A stretch of DNA of 64,000 nt from the human T2T-CHM13v2.0 reference genome, Homo sapiens. Shown in pieces: positions 28,408 to 40,717 of the stretch. Position numbers and translations under genes: made by a program. The stretch lies in assembly GCF_009914755.1 (NCBI RefSeq), contig NC_060947.1. One strand, written 5' to 3'. The notes beneath the pieces were generated by a model that had not been told where the DNA came from, searched no databases, and was given only the letters and a program-made list of their open reading frames with translations. Within the stretch, counting starts at the first letter, position 1. The number at the start of each line of letters is the position of its first letter.

Positions 28408-29527
28408 TTTTCTCTTCCTTTTTTTTATTATACTTTAAGTTCTAGGGTACATGTGCACAACATGCAGGTTTGTTACATATGTATACATGTGCCATGTTGG
28501 TGTGCTGCACCCATTAACTCATCATTTACATTAGGTATTTCTCCTAATGCTCTTCCTCCCCCCTCCCCACACACCACAACAGGCCCTGGTGTGTGAAGTT
28601 CCCCACCCTGTGTCCAGGTGTTCTCATTGTTCAATTCCCACCTATGAGTGACAACATGCGGTGTTTGGTTTTCTGTCCTTGCGATAGTTTGCTCAGAATG
28701 ATGGTTTCCAGTTTCATCCATGTCCCTACAAAGGACAGGAACTACCATCTCACACCAGTTAGAATGGCGATCATTAAAAAGTCAGGAAACAACAGGCGCT
28801 GGAGAGGATGTGGAGAAATAGGAACACTTTTACACTGTTGGTGGGAGTGTAAACTAGTTCAACCATTGTGGAAGACAGTGTGGCGATTCCTCAATGACCT
28901 AGAACTAGAAATACCATTTGACCCAGCAATCCCATTACTGGGTATATACCAACAGGATTTTAAATCATGTTACTATAAAGACACATGCACACATATGTTT
29001 ATTGTGGCACTGTTCACAACAGCAAAGACTTGGAACCAATCCAAATGTCCATCAATGATAGACTGGATTAAGAAAATGTGGCACCATATACACCATGGAA
29101 TACTATGCAGCCATAAAAAATGATGAGGTCGTGTCCTTTGTAGGGACATGGATGAAGCTGGAAACCATCATTCTCAGCAAACTATCGCAAAGACAAAAAA
29201 CCAAACACCACATGTTCTCACTCATAGGTAGGAATTGAACAATGAGAACACATGGACACAGGAAGGGGAACATCACACACCGGGGCCTGTTGTGGGGTGG
29301 GGGGAGGGGGGAGGGATAGCATTAGGAGATATACCTAATGCTACATGACGAGTTCATGGGTGCAGCACACCAACATGGCACATGTATACATATGTAACAA
29401 ACCTGCACGTTGTGCACATGTACCCTAAAACTTGAAGTATAATAATAATAAAAAAAGAAATACTAAGAAAGAAAAAAAATAAAAGAAAGAAAATGTGGCA
29501 AATATACACCATGGAATACTATACAGC
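28408..29527 (-). mobile_element. L1PA5-like 5'-inverted (twin-primed) insertion: 3' part on minus 28408-28743; inverted part on plus 28743-29083 and 29487-29527
   Basis: 18-bp TSD cacRtctgcaaattcttt at 28390-28407 and 29528-29545; the two parts are adjacent in L1 coordinates (~12 nt lost). Confidence 0.85.
29084..29486 (+). mobile_element. L1PA3-like 5'-truncated insertion nested in the previous L1
   Basis: 14-bp TSD aagaaaatgtggca at 29070-29083 and 29487-29500; own poly-A; younger diagnostics (gagatatacctaatgcta, cctaaaactt). Confidence 0.8.
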
Positions 29528-30289
29528 CACATCTGCAAATTCTTTGACACACCTCCCATGGAGAGAAGGGCCTATGTCCCATCCTTGAATCTGGAATGGT
29601 CTTCATGACTCACTTGTAATCAATATAAGTCAATAAACATGAAGCTGCATGATTTTTGGCGTAAGGTCACAGAAGGCAACGCTGCTTACAACAGCAACAA
29701 GGATTTTCCCAAATGTATCCTAAGAGGTGGTAGAACCTACCCCATCCTTGAGAATCACTGGTCTAGAAATTCTATTAGCTTGAAAATGTTGCAGGTCACT
29801 TCTTTACTTGAGAGACAAAAGTTGGTATTCACACACTTGTGGCAATAATATGATGGCCACATGTTCTTTTCTATTCATTTTTATGAGTTGGAGATCTTAG
29901 GAGTAGAGGATGAGGAGAGCCTATGTACAAGAGGCTGTGGTTAATTTTGGGGAAGACATAGGATCTGTATTCTTTTAATTATATTTTATTAAATATTCAG
30001 GACTTCTTCCACCTGCTCAGAGGTGTACTCCACTTCCTCGTGGTTTGGCTTATTTTCCAGACACACATGTATGCCTTGAAAGATGTCAAGTCCAACGTCA
30101 CTTTTCTTTCCACTTACAGCCAAGAAAACAGAAGTTGCTCTGTCTATATCAAGTATGAAAGGTTTTAAAACAGGAAACTAGAAGCTTATAAAAGCTTTGG
30201 ACGTTCTTGGGGAGCACAGTTCAGGGAAGTGGCCAGCAAAAACTTCAGAATGAAGCACCCAAGCAGATGGTTAAGAACAAACTTGTAAA

Positions 30290-31079
30290 AGATCAATTTA
30301 TCAATTTATGCAGCCAACAAACATATGAAAAAAAGCTCATCATCATCGGTCATTAGAAAAATGCAAATCAAGACCACAATGAGATACCACCTCACCCCCA
30401 GTTAGAAAGGCGATCCTTAAAAAGTCAGGAAACAACTGATGCCGGAGAGGATGTGGAGAAATAAGAACGCTTTTACACTGCTGGTGGGATTGTAAATTAG
30501 TTCAACCATTGTGGAAGACACTGTGGCGATTCCTCAAGGATCTAGAACCAAAAATACCATTTGACCCAGCCATCCCATTACTGGGTATATACCCAAAGGA
30601 TTATAAATCATTCTACTATAAAGACACATGCACACGTATGTTTACTGGGGCACTATTCACAATAGCAAAGACTTGGAAACAACTCAAATGCCCATCAGTC
30701 AGACTGGATTAAGAAAATGTGGCACATATACACCATGGAATACTATGCAGCCACAAAAAAGGATGAGTTCATGTCCTTTGCAGGGACATGGATGAAGCTG
30801 GAAACCATCATTCTCAGCAAACTATCACAGGAACAAAAAACCAAACACCACATGTTCTCACTCATAAGCGGGAGTTGAACAATGAGAACACAAGGAGGGG
30901 AATATCTCACATCAGGGCCTGTGGGTGGGTTGGGGGCAAGGGCAGGGATAGCATTAGGAGACATACCTAATGTAGATGATGGGCTGATGGGTGTAGCAAA
31001 CCACCATGGCACGTGTATACCTATGTAACAAAGCTGCACATTCTGCACACGTAACCCAGAACTTAAAGTATATATATAA
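30290..31079 (+). mobile_element. 5'-truncated L1PA7-like LINE-1
   Basis: 17-bp TSD aagaacaaacttgtaaa at 30273-30289 and 31080-31096; tt/aaga endonuclease site; ORF2 C-terminus and 3'UTR. Confidence 0.93.
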
Positions 31080-31671
31080 AAGAACAAACTTGTAAACCGC
31101 TGCAACTCAAAGAATCTTTGGAAGATGTCAACGACCACCTTAATCTACAGCAGTGAGTAGAGACATTTTCAAGGACTCCCCTAGAAGCTCTGTGAATATA
31201 GTGTTTATTCATACATCTCCCCCAAATCTCTGAAATCTTACCTGGGTGCCACTTTTGGGCAGACTCGATTTAACAACCCAAAACAGAGGCAGCATTTTGC
31301 GAAATGGAGTGTCCATTTTCTCATCTGCAATGCTCTAGAAGAACTCAGACGGGAGCGATGATGAAGACAGCTTAATAGATGATCCAGCCCACTTTCTTCA
31401 TAGAGCATTCATGATGTTCAAATGAGATTATACATATAAAATGATGGAAGGAAGTGCAACGGAATAGATGTTATCTATTAATAGTACTAGTATATTATTA
31501 ATGGCATTTCTGTTACTGAGGAGGAAGATTGTATGATCCTGTTATGTTGTGATTTCTACTTCTTTACTTGGAAGTAGAAATGTTGGCCCCAAACTCAGAT
31601 TCATTCTCTTTTAGAATTACACATTTCTATTTAGCCCATATTGAAGTTGTTTTCCAGAAGAGGATTATGAG

Positions 31672-31674
<3 letters not shown>

Positions 31675-31712
<38 letters not shown>
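31675..31712. repeat. (TG)19 microsatellite
   Basis: Perfect dinucleotide run. Confidence 0.97.
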
Positions 31713-31716
<4 letters not shown>

Positions 31717-32749
31717 AATTAAATGTAATTCTCACAGGAAATTAAAATACCATCATTCAAAACTCTAAGCTGATATAGCTTAGGACTTTGCATACTAATT
31801 CAAAGACATGAAAACCTTTCAAGTGTCTACAAAAAAGGGAACCAGTTGGAAAATTATAATTGGAAAATTGTAATATCGCTTTACTGACACAGAAAATATT
31901 TTCTAGCATTACTTTCAAACTAGCAAATATGTATTTATTATGCACTACTGAAACTGTTTTATGAAATTTTATTTTTTTAATTTGGAGAAAGAAAGAAACA
32001 CAAACAAGTTTTACTTTTTGGTTGTGGGGAGACTGTAATGATATAACAAATCATTTATCTAAAACTAGACACCTTTTTATGCTTGAGAATATATTTTATA
32101 TTTCTCCATTCATATAAGGTAAGCACTAACTGTGGCTTTAATTGGAGCTTTTAGAATGCCTTAGTGAATACTTTGTACATAATTTAGAAGTATTCACATA
32201 GTCCAGCTTTGCACCAGAACTGTTCCCTCTTGGTACTAACAAGGGCATGATCTGACACTTGGTTTGGAGAATAAGACCAGAATGGTCAACACATTGTTGC
32301 CACTTTTGGTCTTTTGAATCACTGTGCTACTCTTTTCTAAGTATTCAAAGCAACTATAAAATAAAATAAATGAGGACAGTTTGGGATTTAGAGGAAACTC
32401 TTCCATTTCAGTATTTGAAAGAAGAGTGGTATTTTTCCTTAAGGCAGTCTCTTGCAGAAATGTTCTATGTCTTTAATGGGTGAAAAACATGGACTAGATT
32501 TTGTCAGTCTTCGGGGATTAAAAAACTTCAACCTTCCTGTCACTCCATCTGCACCAAAATAGTCTTAAAGATTATTCTGTAGGATGGCAAAAGAATCACT
32601 TTGATGTTTCTTTTCCAACTTGAAATTTATATTTGATATATTATAAAGTAAAACGTAATGCAAAATGCGCATCTACTAAAAAAAAAACTCTGAAAAGTAT
32701 TTGAACTTAACATTCCTCATTCAAGTACAGAAACACTGCTTCAAGAGAA

Positions 32750-32935
32750 CTATATTCTAAAGCTGCTTATGTTTAGTTCAACTGATTTCACAAATAATAC
32801 CTCTTTCAGGTTGATGGTTACTAGTAGAGCTGGAAGGGAATGCCTGTGAAAAGAGATAGACATGTAGGGAGCTTCACTTGTTTTGGTAATGATCAGTTTC
32901 TTAGGCTGGGTCATGGGTGCATGTGTGATGCTCAT
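32750..32935 (+). mobile_element. L1ME-type 3'UTR fragment
   Basis: gatggttact...ggtaatgatcagtttcttaggctgggtcatggg. Confidence 0.4.
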
Positions 32936-33390
32936 TTAGGTCTATATTCATTTTTTTTTTGCATCCAGATGTCTGATTTTTCCAGCACCATTTGTTGAAA
33001 AGGATCTTCTTCCTACATTGAATTTGGTTTTCCCATTGTGTAAAATAATTAGGCTTATTTGTGTGGCCCTATTTTAGGTTCTATTTCTATACCACTGATC
33101 TATGTTTCTACTCCTGTCAAAAAATAACGCAGCATTTTGCTTACTGCAGCTATATGGTAAGCCTTATAGGAAGGAAGAGTGATTCCTTCCACTTCATTCT
33201 TCTTTTTTAAGAGTTGTTTAGCTAATCCAGTGATTTTGTCTTTGTATATCAATTTTAGAATAAGTTTGTATATGTCCACAAAAAGCTTTGCTTGGATTTT
33301 AGTAGGAATTGCTTTAAACCTAGAGATCGATTTGGGGGAACTGACATCTCTGCTACGTTGAGTCTTCTAATCCATGGATGCAGTATTTCT
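32936..33390 (-). mobile_element. L1M ORF2 fragment
   Basis: ttccagcaccatttgttgaaaag; tagtaggaattgctttaaacctagagatcgatttgggg. Confidence 0.75.
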
Positions 33391-33399
33391 AATTTTCTC

Positions 33400-34120
33400 A
33401 AATTTTTGAGAAAAAATATTTACAACCTAAGATTCTATGTCCAGTTATATAATAGAACAAAAAGAAAATTTTACCACACGAAAAGTCTCACGACAATTTA
33501 TCTACTATACCCCATTTCTCAGGAAGCTATTTAGGCTATGGTCCAACAACATGAGGGAAATGAGGAAACGGCTCTCACAAAATGGATTATTCAAATGGAA
33601 GTAAGTAAAGGGAATCAGAATAATAACGAAGGGATATCCCAGGGTAATAGCCATGCCCCAGGAGTAGAGGGCAACCACTCCTGCTTGTTGTCAGAAGACA
33701 GAGGTGATTTCTTTAAAATGATTTAATTCTTAGAATAATGGTATCATATGAATGTATTGAGGTATGATTTACATAACTGCTAGAGAGTTTTAGGTTGAAT
33801 AACTAATAATACAGAAAAAGCCCAAAGCAAACAAAAAACTAGACCATCATTATCTCCAAGGGAAAAAAATGGGCAGGAAAAGCATGGCACATTATCTTTT
33901 TATAATTATGTAGTGAAAAAGCTTTTCATAGTTATGACGGTTCAAACATTGAATAGTGATGAAAAGAAAATTGAAACATTTTATATTGGAAAGTAAAGGA
34001 GGGGACAGGAAGTATACACGTGTAGTTGATACAGAGCATGAGAATGGCATACCATAAAATGGAAGAATAAGTTAAAAAAAGCAAAACCACATTATTTAGA
34101 AGTATGGAGGTAACCTTATA
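33400..34120 (+). mobile_element. HAL1-like / old L1 ORF1-end relic
   Basis: caacctaagattctatgtccag; cccatttctcaggaagctat; accacattatttagaagtatggaggtaacc. Confidence 0.45.
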
Positions 34121-34142
34121 TCAACAAGTCTATCCTGAAAGA

Positions 34143-34920
34143 ATCAGGAAATGTGACGTTCCAGCTTTGTTCTTTTTGCTCAAAATTGTTTTGGCAATTC
34201 AGGGTATTTTGTTGTTCCCATATGGATTTTAGTATTTTTTTCTATTTGTGTAAAAAAGGTCATTAGAATTTTGATAGTTATTGTATTGAATCTGTAGATT
34301 GTTTGGGGTAGTATGGATATTTTAACAATATTAATTCTTCCAATCCATTAATACAGTATGTCTTTCCATTTACTTATATCTTCTGTTTGTTTTATCAATG
34401 CTTTATAGTTTTCGACACTTGTGACAACACAGATGAACCTGGAGGACATTATGCCAAATAATATAAGCCAGAAACAGAAGGAGAAATACTACATGATTTC
34501 AGTTATACGAGAAATCTAAAATTATCAAACTCATAGAAGCAGAGAGTAGAATGGTGGCTGCCAGGAGCTGGAGTAGAGGAAAATTGAGAGGTATTAGTCA
34601 AAGGGTACGAAGTCTCGGTTATGCAAGACGAATAAATTCTAGAGATCTACTGTACAACGTAACACCTACTTAACAATTCTGTATTGTATACTTAAAAATT
34701 TGCTAGGAGGGTAGATCTTATGCTAAGTGCTCTTATCATAAAATAAATAAAGAGGGTAGGAGGAAACTTTCGGAGGTGATAGTTAAGTTTATGGTATCAA
34801 ATGTGGTGATGGTTTCGCTAGTGTTTACTTATTTCCAAATTCATCAAGTTGTATACATTCAGTATGGACAGCTATTATTTTGTCAATTGTACCTCAACAA
34901 AGTGTTTTTTTTAAAAAAGA
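34143..34920 (+). mobile_element. L1MA-type element: minus-strand ORF2 piece (34143-~34412) fused to plus-strand 3'UTR (~34415-34920)
   Basis: ccagctttgttctttttgctc on minus; gatgaacctggaggacattatg...gtacctcaacaaag on plus. Confidence 0.75.
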
Positions 34921-36120
34921 AATAAAGAAACAGATGCATATTGCTCTCCATCTCATTCTAAGGGGTAACAACATTAAGAAGAAATGTAATAATACTCTTT
35001 ACATTAAAGAGACTGAATTTTTCATTGCTACTCTTTCAGATTTACTTACAATTTTTATTTGATCCTAAATAATACTCTCTTGCACCATCTACCTTCAAAA
35101 CAAAACAACGACGACAACAAAACACTGAAAGAATCAGCCAGAAAGAGTTGCATGTTGCTTCTGGAAGGGGAAAGTAGGGTGATGGTAAGAAACTATGTTG
35201 CATAAAAATTAGAATACAAGCATTTGACTCTAACATATGTGAACTTATGATAAATTTGATAAAAATTTAAAAGTATAAAAAAGTATAACTTTTTGTAATG
35301 TCTCTTTTCTTGATTGCTCATGTAGTTGAGCATTTATGGTAGTGCCCACCCACAGTGACCCTGGGCTAGGTCATGAAACTGGTTTTTGCTAATGGGACAA
35401 TAATAAACTTGAAAAAGCATTTGTGTATTTCCACTTCTGCTTTTGGGCACCAGCTGATGTTTCTTTCTTTCCTTCACGATGTTTTACTTTTGTGTAGGTC
35501 TTGTGTTTTTTTTATTTTTTTGCAAGTTCATATGTGTATGAACTTTTTCTATGGAGATATTTTGAGAACTGGGTAAATGTTGTGATCTTCTAGGGATGAT
35601 TTAAAAAATTTTTATTTTGCCAAGCACTCATGAGCATTACCATCCAAGACAATGCTAATATAATTCTTTGGCTTGAGGCTTTTTGGACCACCCCAAAAAT
35701 ATAAACTAAGGCCCCAAACACATATTAGGGGAGATACAGACGCAAGGTTTAGAGACAGAATAGTTTCCTTACTGTCTCCCTTTGTCAGGTACGTTTTAGT
35801 AATCTTTCACTGGAGGTGTAACCCTTGGGGCCCTATGTTATTCAACAACATCAAATATGATTCCATATATTTTCTGAACCCTCAGCTTTACTTACACTCT
35901 CCATTTGGCTGAAGTTGTAGGGCAAGCACCTGTTTGGGAGCTTGCTTGCATCTCTAGAGTTATTACTTTATTTTTGACCTCTTAGGATTTCCCTTACTTT
36001 TCTGCTGACTCATTCACACATTTTCAAAAATTTAAAAAATATGTTTTATCTACAGTTTTGGTTGTTTTATTGCTGAAGATTATCTTTCTGGGTATCTATT
36101 ATGCCCCTGGCCTATTTTTC

Positions 36121-36156
<36 letters not shown>

Positions 36157-36884
36157 AATTCCAAAGGGATTAAGCGTAGACCTCAACGTGATCTGGATCA
36201 ATACCTTAAGACAAATTGAATAACATTAGCTCCTTCTTTTAAGCTTCCAATTCCTGGGAGAATAATTTCAGAAATATACTGAAAATTTCCAAAGTCAGTT
36301 TTTTCCAGCGGTAAAAATAAAACCACTCTGCTCTCAAGAGACTTCTGCACTAGTGCCTAGTTTTAGTGAGTGTGGAAGTTTCTTTGAGTTAAAAAGTACT
36401 GCTGCATATTACCTACCTGGTTTTTAACAATATTACACAATTGTAATCTTGAAGATTATGTTGCACTCAAAAACTGTGGCAGTGAATCCCATAAAATACT
36501 TTTAAACGAAAAAGCCAACTGTGTACATCAAATGTCAGAATTAACTTTATTCTTACGTGCCTATTGAGAATATTGGAACACTTTTCTTCAGCTCAGGATG
36601 AGAATTCCTGCTTCTCCACGTACTTGGAAACACAGAACTTGTATCTTCTTATTGGATAAAACTAATAGGCCTTTGATGTAAAATGCTAATCTATGGAATT
36701 TAAAGCTCTGAATAACTTTGGGGTTGTAGGAAGTTCCCCTTTAGTAACCGAATAATTCCATAAAACAATTGGCTTCATATGGAGTGAGTAAGCATGTTAC
36801 TATAGTCAGTATCTGTACTCCTGCTGACTTCTGTTTTGCCTTTGTTTAAATCATATTTAAGTTCTGTCAACATATGAAACAAAA

Positions 36885-37000
36885 TAAGATGGTGACTGAC
36901 AGACCGGGTAAAAGCCTGATTTCTGAAATCCATTCACTTGAGTTTGAATCCCAGATTTGTCACTACTAGCTATATGAACATGCGACAATTATCTCTCTGA
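36885..37000 (+). mobile_element. MIR fragment
   Basis: tgagtttgaatcccagatttgtcactactagctatatga. Confidence 0.6.
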
Positions 37001-38429
37001 TGCTCAGGGATCTGGAATATTTATGAATTTCTTAAGTTTTCGACTTGAAAATAAAGTACAATTGAGAACTGGGTAGACGTTGTGATCTTCTAGGGGTGCT
37101 TTCCTAAATTTCCTTGATTCTAGTATGGCAACAGATAAATTTGTCGTGATGTTTTTCTTCATACAGAGAAAATAAAGTCAGCAGAAGGAAGAACAACTTT
37201 TACTTTTGTCCCTAAAGATTAATTATCATAAAAAGACAGACAAGTATATCTATATTGTTTCAAATGCCCTTATACATTTGCACATTCATTATATGTAAGA
37301 ATGTGTTTCTGTTTGTCAAATCTCTTCAACTTTGTCTATTTAGATTTGCCCTCAAACAGTCATTCATGAAGTATTTACCTCTAAAAATGATTAATAGCCC
37401 AAGTGGTATGATTCCCAATCTTGGGCACGAATGCTATACCAATCTAAATAACGGGGTTCCCTTCCCAATGAGAATCTTTCACAAGTCTGACAGCCAGCAT
37501 TTTCAAAGTTTGCAAACTTTTTGTAACTAAACATAGGTTGTGTGACAGCTTCTATTATTTGCCCAATAACAGCTCTTATATGCCCCTCCTTCTTAGGAGC
37601 TATGCCAATGTTGGATCATAGCTGTGAGTAATTTGGGTCAAAAAGGGAGACGATAAATTGGGGGAACCAACTCATGGAACATTGAGTGCTTGTCAGAGAA
37701 CTGATGAAAGACTTGGATTCATACCTGGGAATCACAGCTTTATCTAATGCTTACAAAACTCAAGACATAAAATACGTAAAATATGACATGTTCCATGACT
37801 ACAATGATCCCTTCCAGCCAAAAAGGGGTATTAAGATCTGATTAAGTAGGTTTTGCTCAGCATCACTGGCTCTTAATGTAGCAGGTGTGATGTCCCTCTG
37901 TGAGATAACTCCAGTGAAAATTCGATTTGGACTTTACTTTATAATACATACTAATTAACTTTTTATTTTTTAATGAGACATACTATTGAAAAACAATATA
38001 CCCTTATAAAATATTGGAGTGAGGTCAACACTATTAAAAATTCACAAAATTGTTGAGCCATTTGGCAGGTGAAGTCCTTGTTTTGCAAGTGCAGAGATTA
38101 CTCCAGATCTCATTCTGTGCCCCAATAGTGGTCCCGTGTAATATCACCAAGTTAAACATTTTTCACCTTTTCTTAGTTCTCCATTTGAATTGCACTCTGC
38201 ACATACTGGATAAATTTTACTACAATCCAGTTGTCAGCTATAGCTTAGAAAAGTTTAACCTTTAATTTCATGGCTCATAGGAAGTTCAATGCCGTTTCCT
38301 AAATTTCTGCATATTCACAAAGAGGTCATAATGTCATGGACACCACTGGCTTTACCATCCTGCTTATTCTGAATTAGTACATAGTAGAAAGTGTTTACAA
38401 AGTGTTTATCCAGTGTATTCTGCATGGCA

Positions 38430-39330
38430 TCATTCATTCATTCATTTAACAATTATTTATTGAGACCCTGTTATTTGTTACGCTACATTATGTGTGAGGA
38501 ACTGGGCTGGTTGTAGGGGAAACAATAGGTTAGTGTGGGAAGAAGACATTAATGATTGCACGATAAATAGAACATTATGAATAAGTGCTATGATGGGGCT
38601 GAGTATGGTGGTACAAAAACATAAAATAAGTAGATTTTATCTAGTGTAGGAGATTAGAGATGCATCCCTGAAAAAAATTACTATTATTATGTGATCCAAA
38701 AAAAACAGATTTTAAGCCGAAGGTGATGGTAAAGAGTTGTTCCGGCAACTTGTCCAAGAAGCTAAGTGGTAGAGAAGAGAAAAGGGGCAGGGTAGTAGAT
38801 GTAGTGGCATGTAGGACAGAGAAGGGTTTTTTTTTTTTTTTAAATAGTAGTAACTTAAGTCCTGATGTGAAGGATTCAGTTCCATGAGAGAGTGTGGAAT
38901 ATGACAGTGATGAGGGATAACAAATCATGTATAGTTCATGAGGTGGCATGAACTTATATAGGGGAAGAGCCAGCCCTCTCTTTTCACAGAAGAGAAGGAG
39001 GATACTGCAAGGGTAGAGATTTGATTGGTAGGTGAGGGAAAGATAAAAGAGTTATCAACTGATGCCTTCTCCTTTCTTTTAAAATGTCAGGTTAAGTCTG
39101 ATAAACTGGAGAGGTGGAGGAGAAAACTTGATGCTTTGAGCAAAGAAGGTTTGAAACAGCTGTTGCAAAGGGTAGGAGAGTCTACAGGCACTGTTGAGGG
39201 ACCCTTTGAGGTTGGAGAGATTTTTCTATTTATGACTGGACCAATACACTCTATTAAAAGGACTTTCTCTGGCAATGTTTACAGGAATAGCAAAAACAGA
39301 TGGTTGTGCTATAGAAGGTTGGGATTTAAT
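38430..39330 (-). mobile_element. L2 LINE fragments
   Basis: cattcattcattcatttaacaattatttattgag terminus followed by purine-rich L2 body. Confidence 0.55.
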
Positions 39331-39969
39331 TAAATGCCACACACATAAAAGAATTGGCCCAGACAAGACACTCAGCTTCCTTAATTCTTCCTACTCCCAC
39401 ACATACATCCTCAAAAACCCATTCATAAAAGCTTTTTGATTTGTGCACCAATTTACTTAATTTTGAAGGACAACAGGAGGTTTGCATTGCGGCAATTCAG
39501 TCAATTAAAATCGATTACACATCTTTTGCTTAAAATGCCTTTGCTCACTGTTCTGTTGATTGGCTCTTCACTCTTTCCCTTTCTCTACTTTGTCTGTTCT
39601 AGTCTACTCCCTTCCTTTTCCCTTAATTTCTGATCATTTCTAATGCAGAGCCATTGAGCTATCCCTTCTGTTTTATTGCTTCCTGCTAAACCAGGCCCTC
39701 AGGGTATCACCTTCTCCCAGAAATAACTTATCCACCTGTTTTCCTAAACAAAGACCGGTCCCTCTTTAAAATAAATTCAGGTGCCACGGTTCAGTGGGTA
39801 ATTTTTTTCACCTTGACATATTTTTTATTTAATCCTGTTTTTTATTTGTGATAACTTGCTCTAAAGATGCCTTTGTTGTTTTCAATGATAGAAGAAACAT
39901 GTTTGTCATCTCTTCTGTCATCAGCCATCAAATGTGTGACCCTGAGAAAGTCATTTCATTGTTTTAGAT

Positions 39970-40175
39970 CAGGGCTAGACAAGCTATAGCCTGAAAGACA
40001 ATCTTACCAACTGCCTGTGTGCATAAATAAAGTTTTATTAGACCATAGTCACATTTTGTTTATGTATTATCTCTGTGCTCCAACAGCAGGATTGGTTAGT
40101 TATGAAAGACACTGTCTAGCCTGCAAAAGTGAAAATATTTACTAACTGGCCCTTTAAAGAGTTTGCCAACCCCTG
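39970..40175 (+). mobile_element. MER58A inserted in a MIR
   Basis: cagggctagacaa...taaataaagttttatt...gtttgccaacccctg; degenerate 8-bp TSD ttttagat / ttctaggt; MIR core pieces on both sides. Confidence 0.8.
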
Positions 40176-40329
40176 TTCTAGGTAACACTTTATCTATCTG
40201 TAAAATGAAAGAATCTAAGAATATGCTCTCTCATTATCTTTTCCATTTTAATATTTAAAATGTTAAAGTTACAAATTTTGGTCTCTGCAAAAAAGTCACC
40301 TGATCTGAGAGAATGTATCTGTGTATAAT

Positions 40330-40420
40330 TGACAAAGTAGCATTTCTGGACTCTATCATTCTGTACATCTTTATTCTGCTTTATTTTTATTAATATATCA
40401 CTCTCTTGAGTAGTGTAATT

Positions 40421-40454
<34 letters not shown>

Positions 40455-40595
40455 TATCTGTTTCCCTCCATTAAAATATAAATTAAATGAAAGATAAAAA
40501 ATGTTTTGTTCATTGCTATACCCCAATGTCTAGAATAATCCAGCACATGATAGATGCTCAATAGATGTACTAAGTAAGTGAATAAATGAATTAAT
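40330..40595 (+). mobile_element. L2 3' end containing a (TA)n(CA)n microsatellite (~40421-40455)
   Basis: ttgttcattgctataccccaatgtctagaata...gatgctcaatagat...gaataaatgaat. Confidence 0.7.
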
Positions 40596-40717
40596 AGAAT
40601 ACTTCTCATTGGAATTTCCTTCCAGTTGCATGTACAGAGACAGGATATACTGGACAATAGATGGGAACAAGTCTTTATTACTAAAATGTCCTAAATTGCT
40701 CATAGTTCCTAGGAGAT

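Larger units (their letters stand above)
28374..29690 (+). mobile_element. MLT1F/G-like MaLR LTR 5' part, interrupted by the L1 composite (LTR pieces 28374-28407 and 29528-~29690)
   Basis: Joined flanks read tgtggtagttttaaaacacgtctgcaaattctttgacacacctcccatggag...tatgtccccatccttgaatctgg. Confidence 0.7.

Noticed and set aside
28593-29123. 176-aa chimeric ORF
   Set aside because: Read-through across the L1 inversion junction (antisense 3'UTR + ORF2 C-terminus) from a non-ATG start.
28408-29486. Single L1 with simple twin priming, or two L1s inserted head to head
   Set aside because: Neither explains two poly-A ends plus the orphan 29487-29527 piece and two nested TSD pairs.
36121-36158. Orphan poly-A/(GAAAA)n as a processed pseudogene tail
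   Set aside because: No upstream mRNA-like body or clear TSD.
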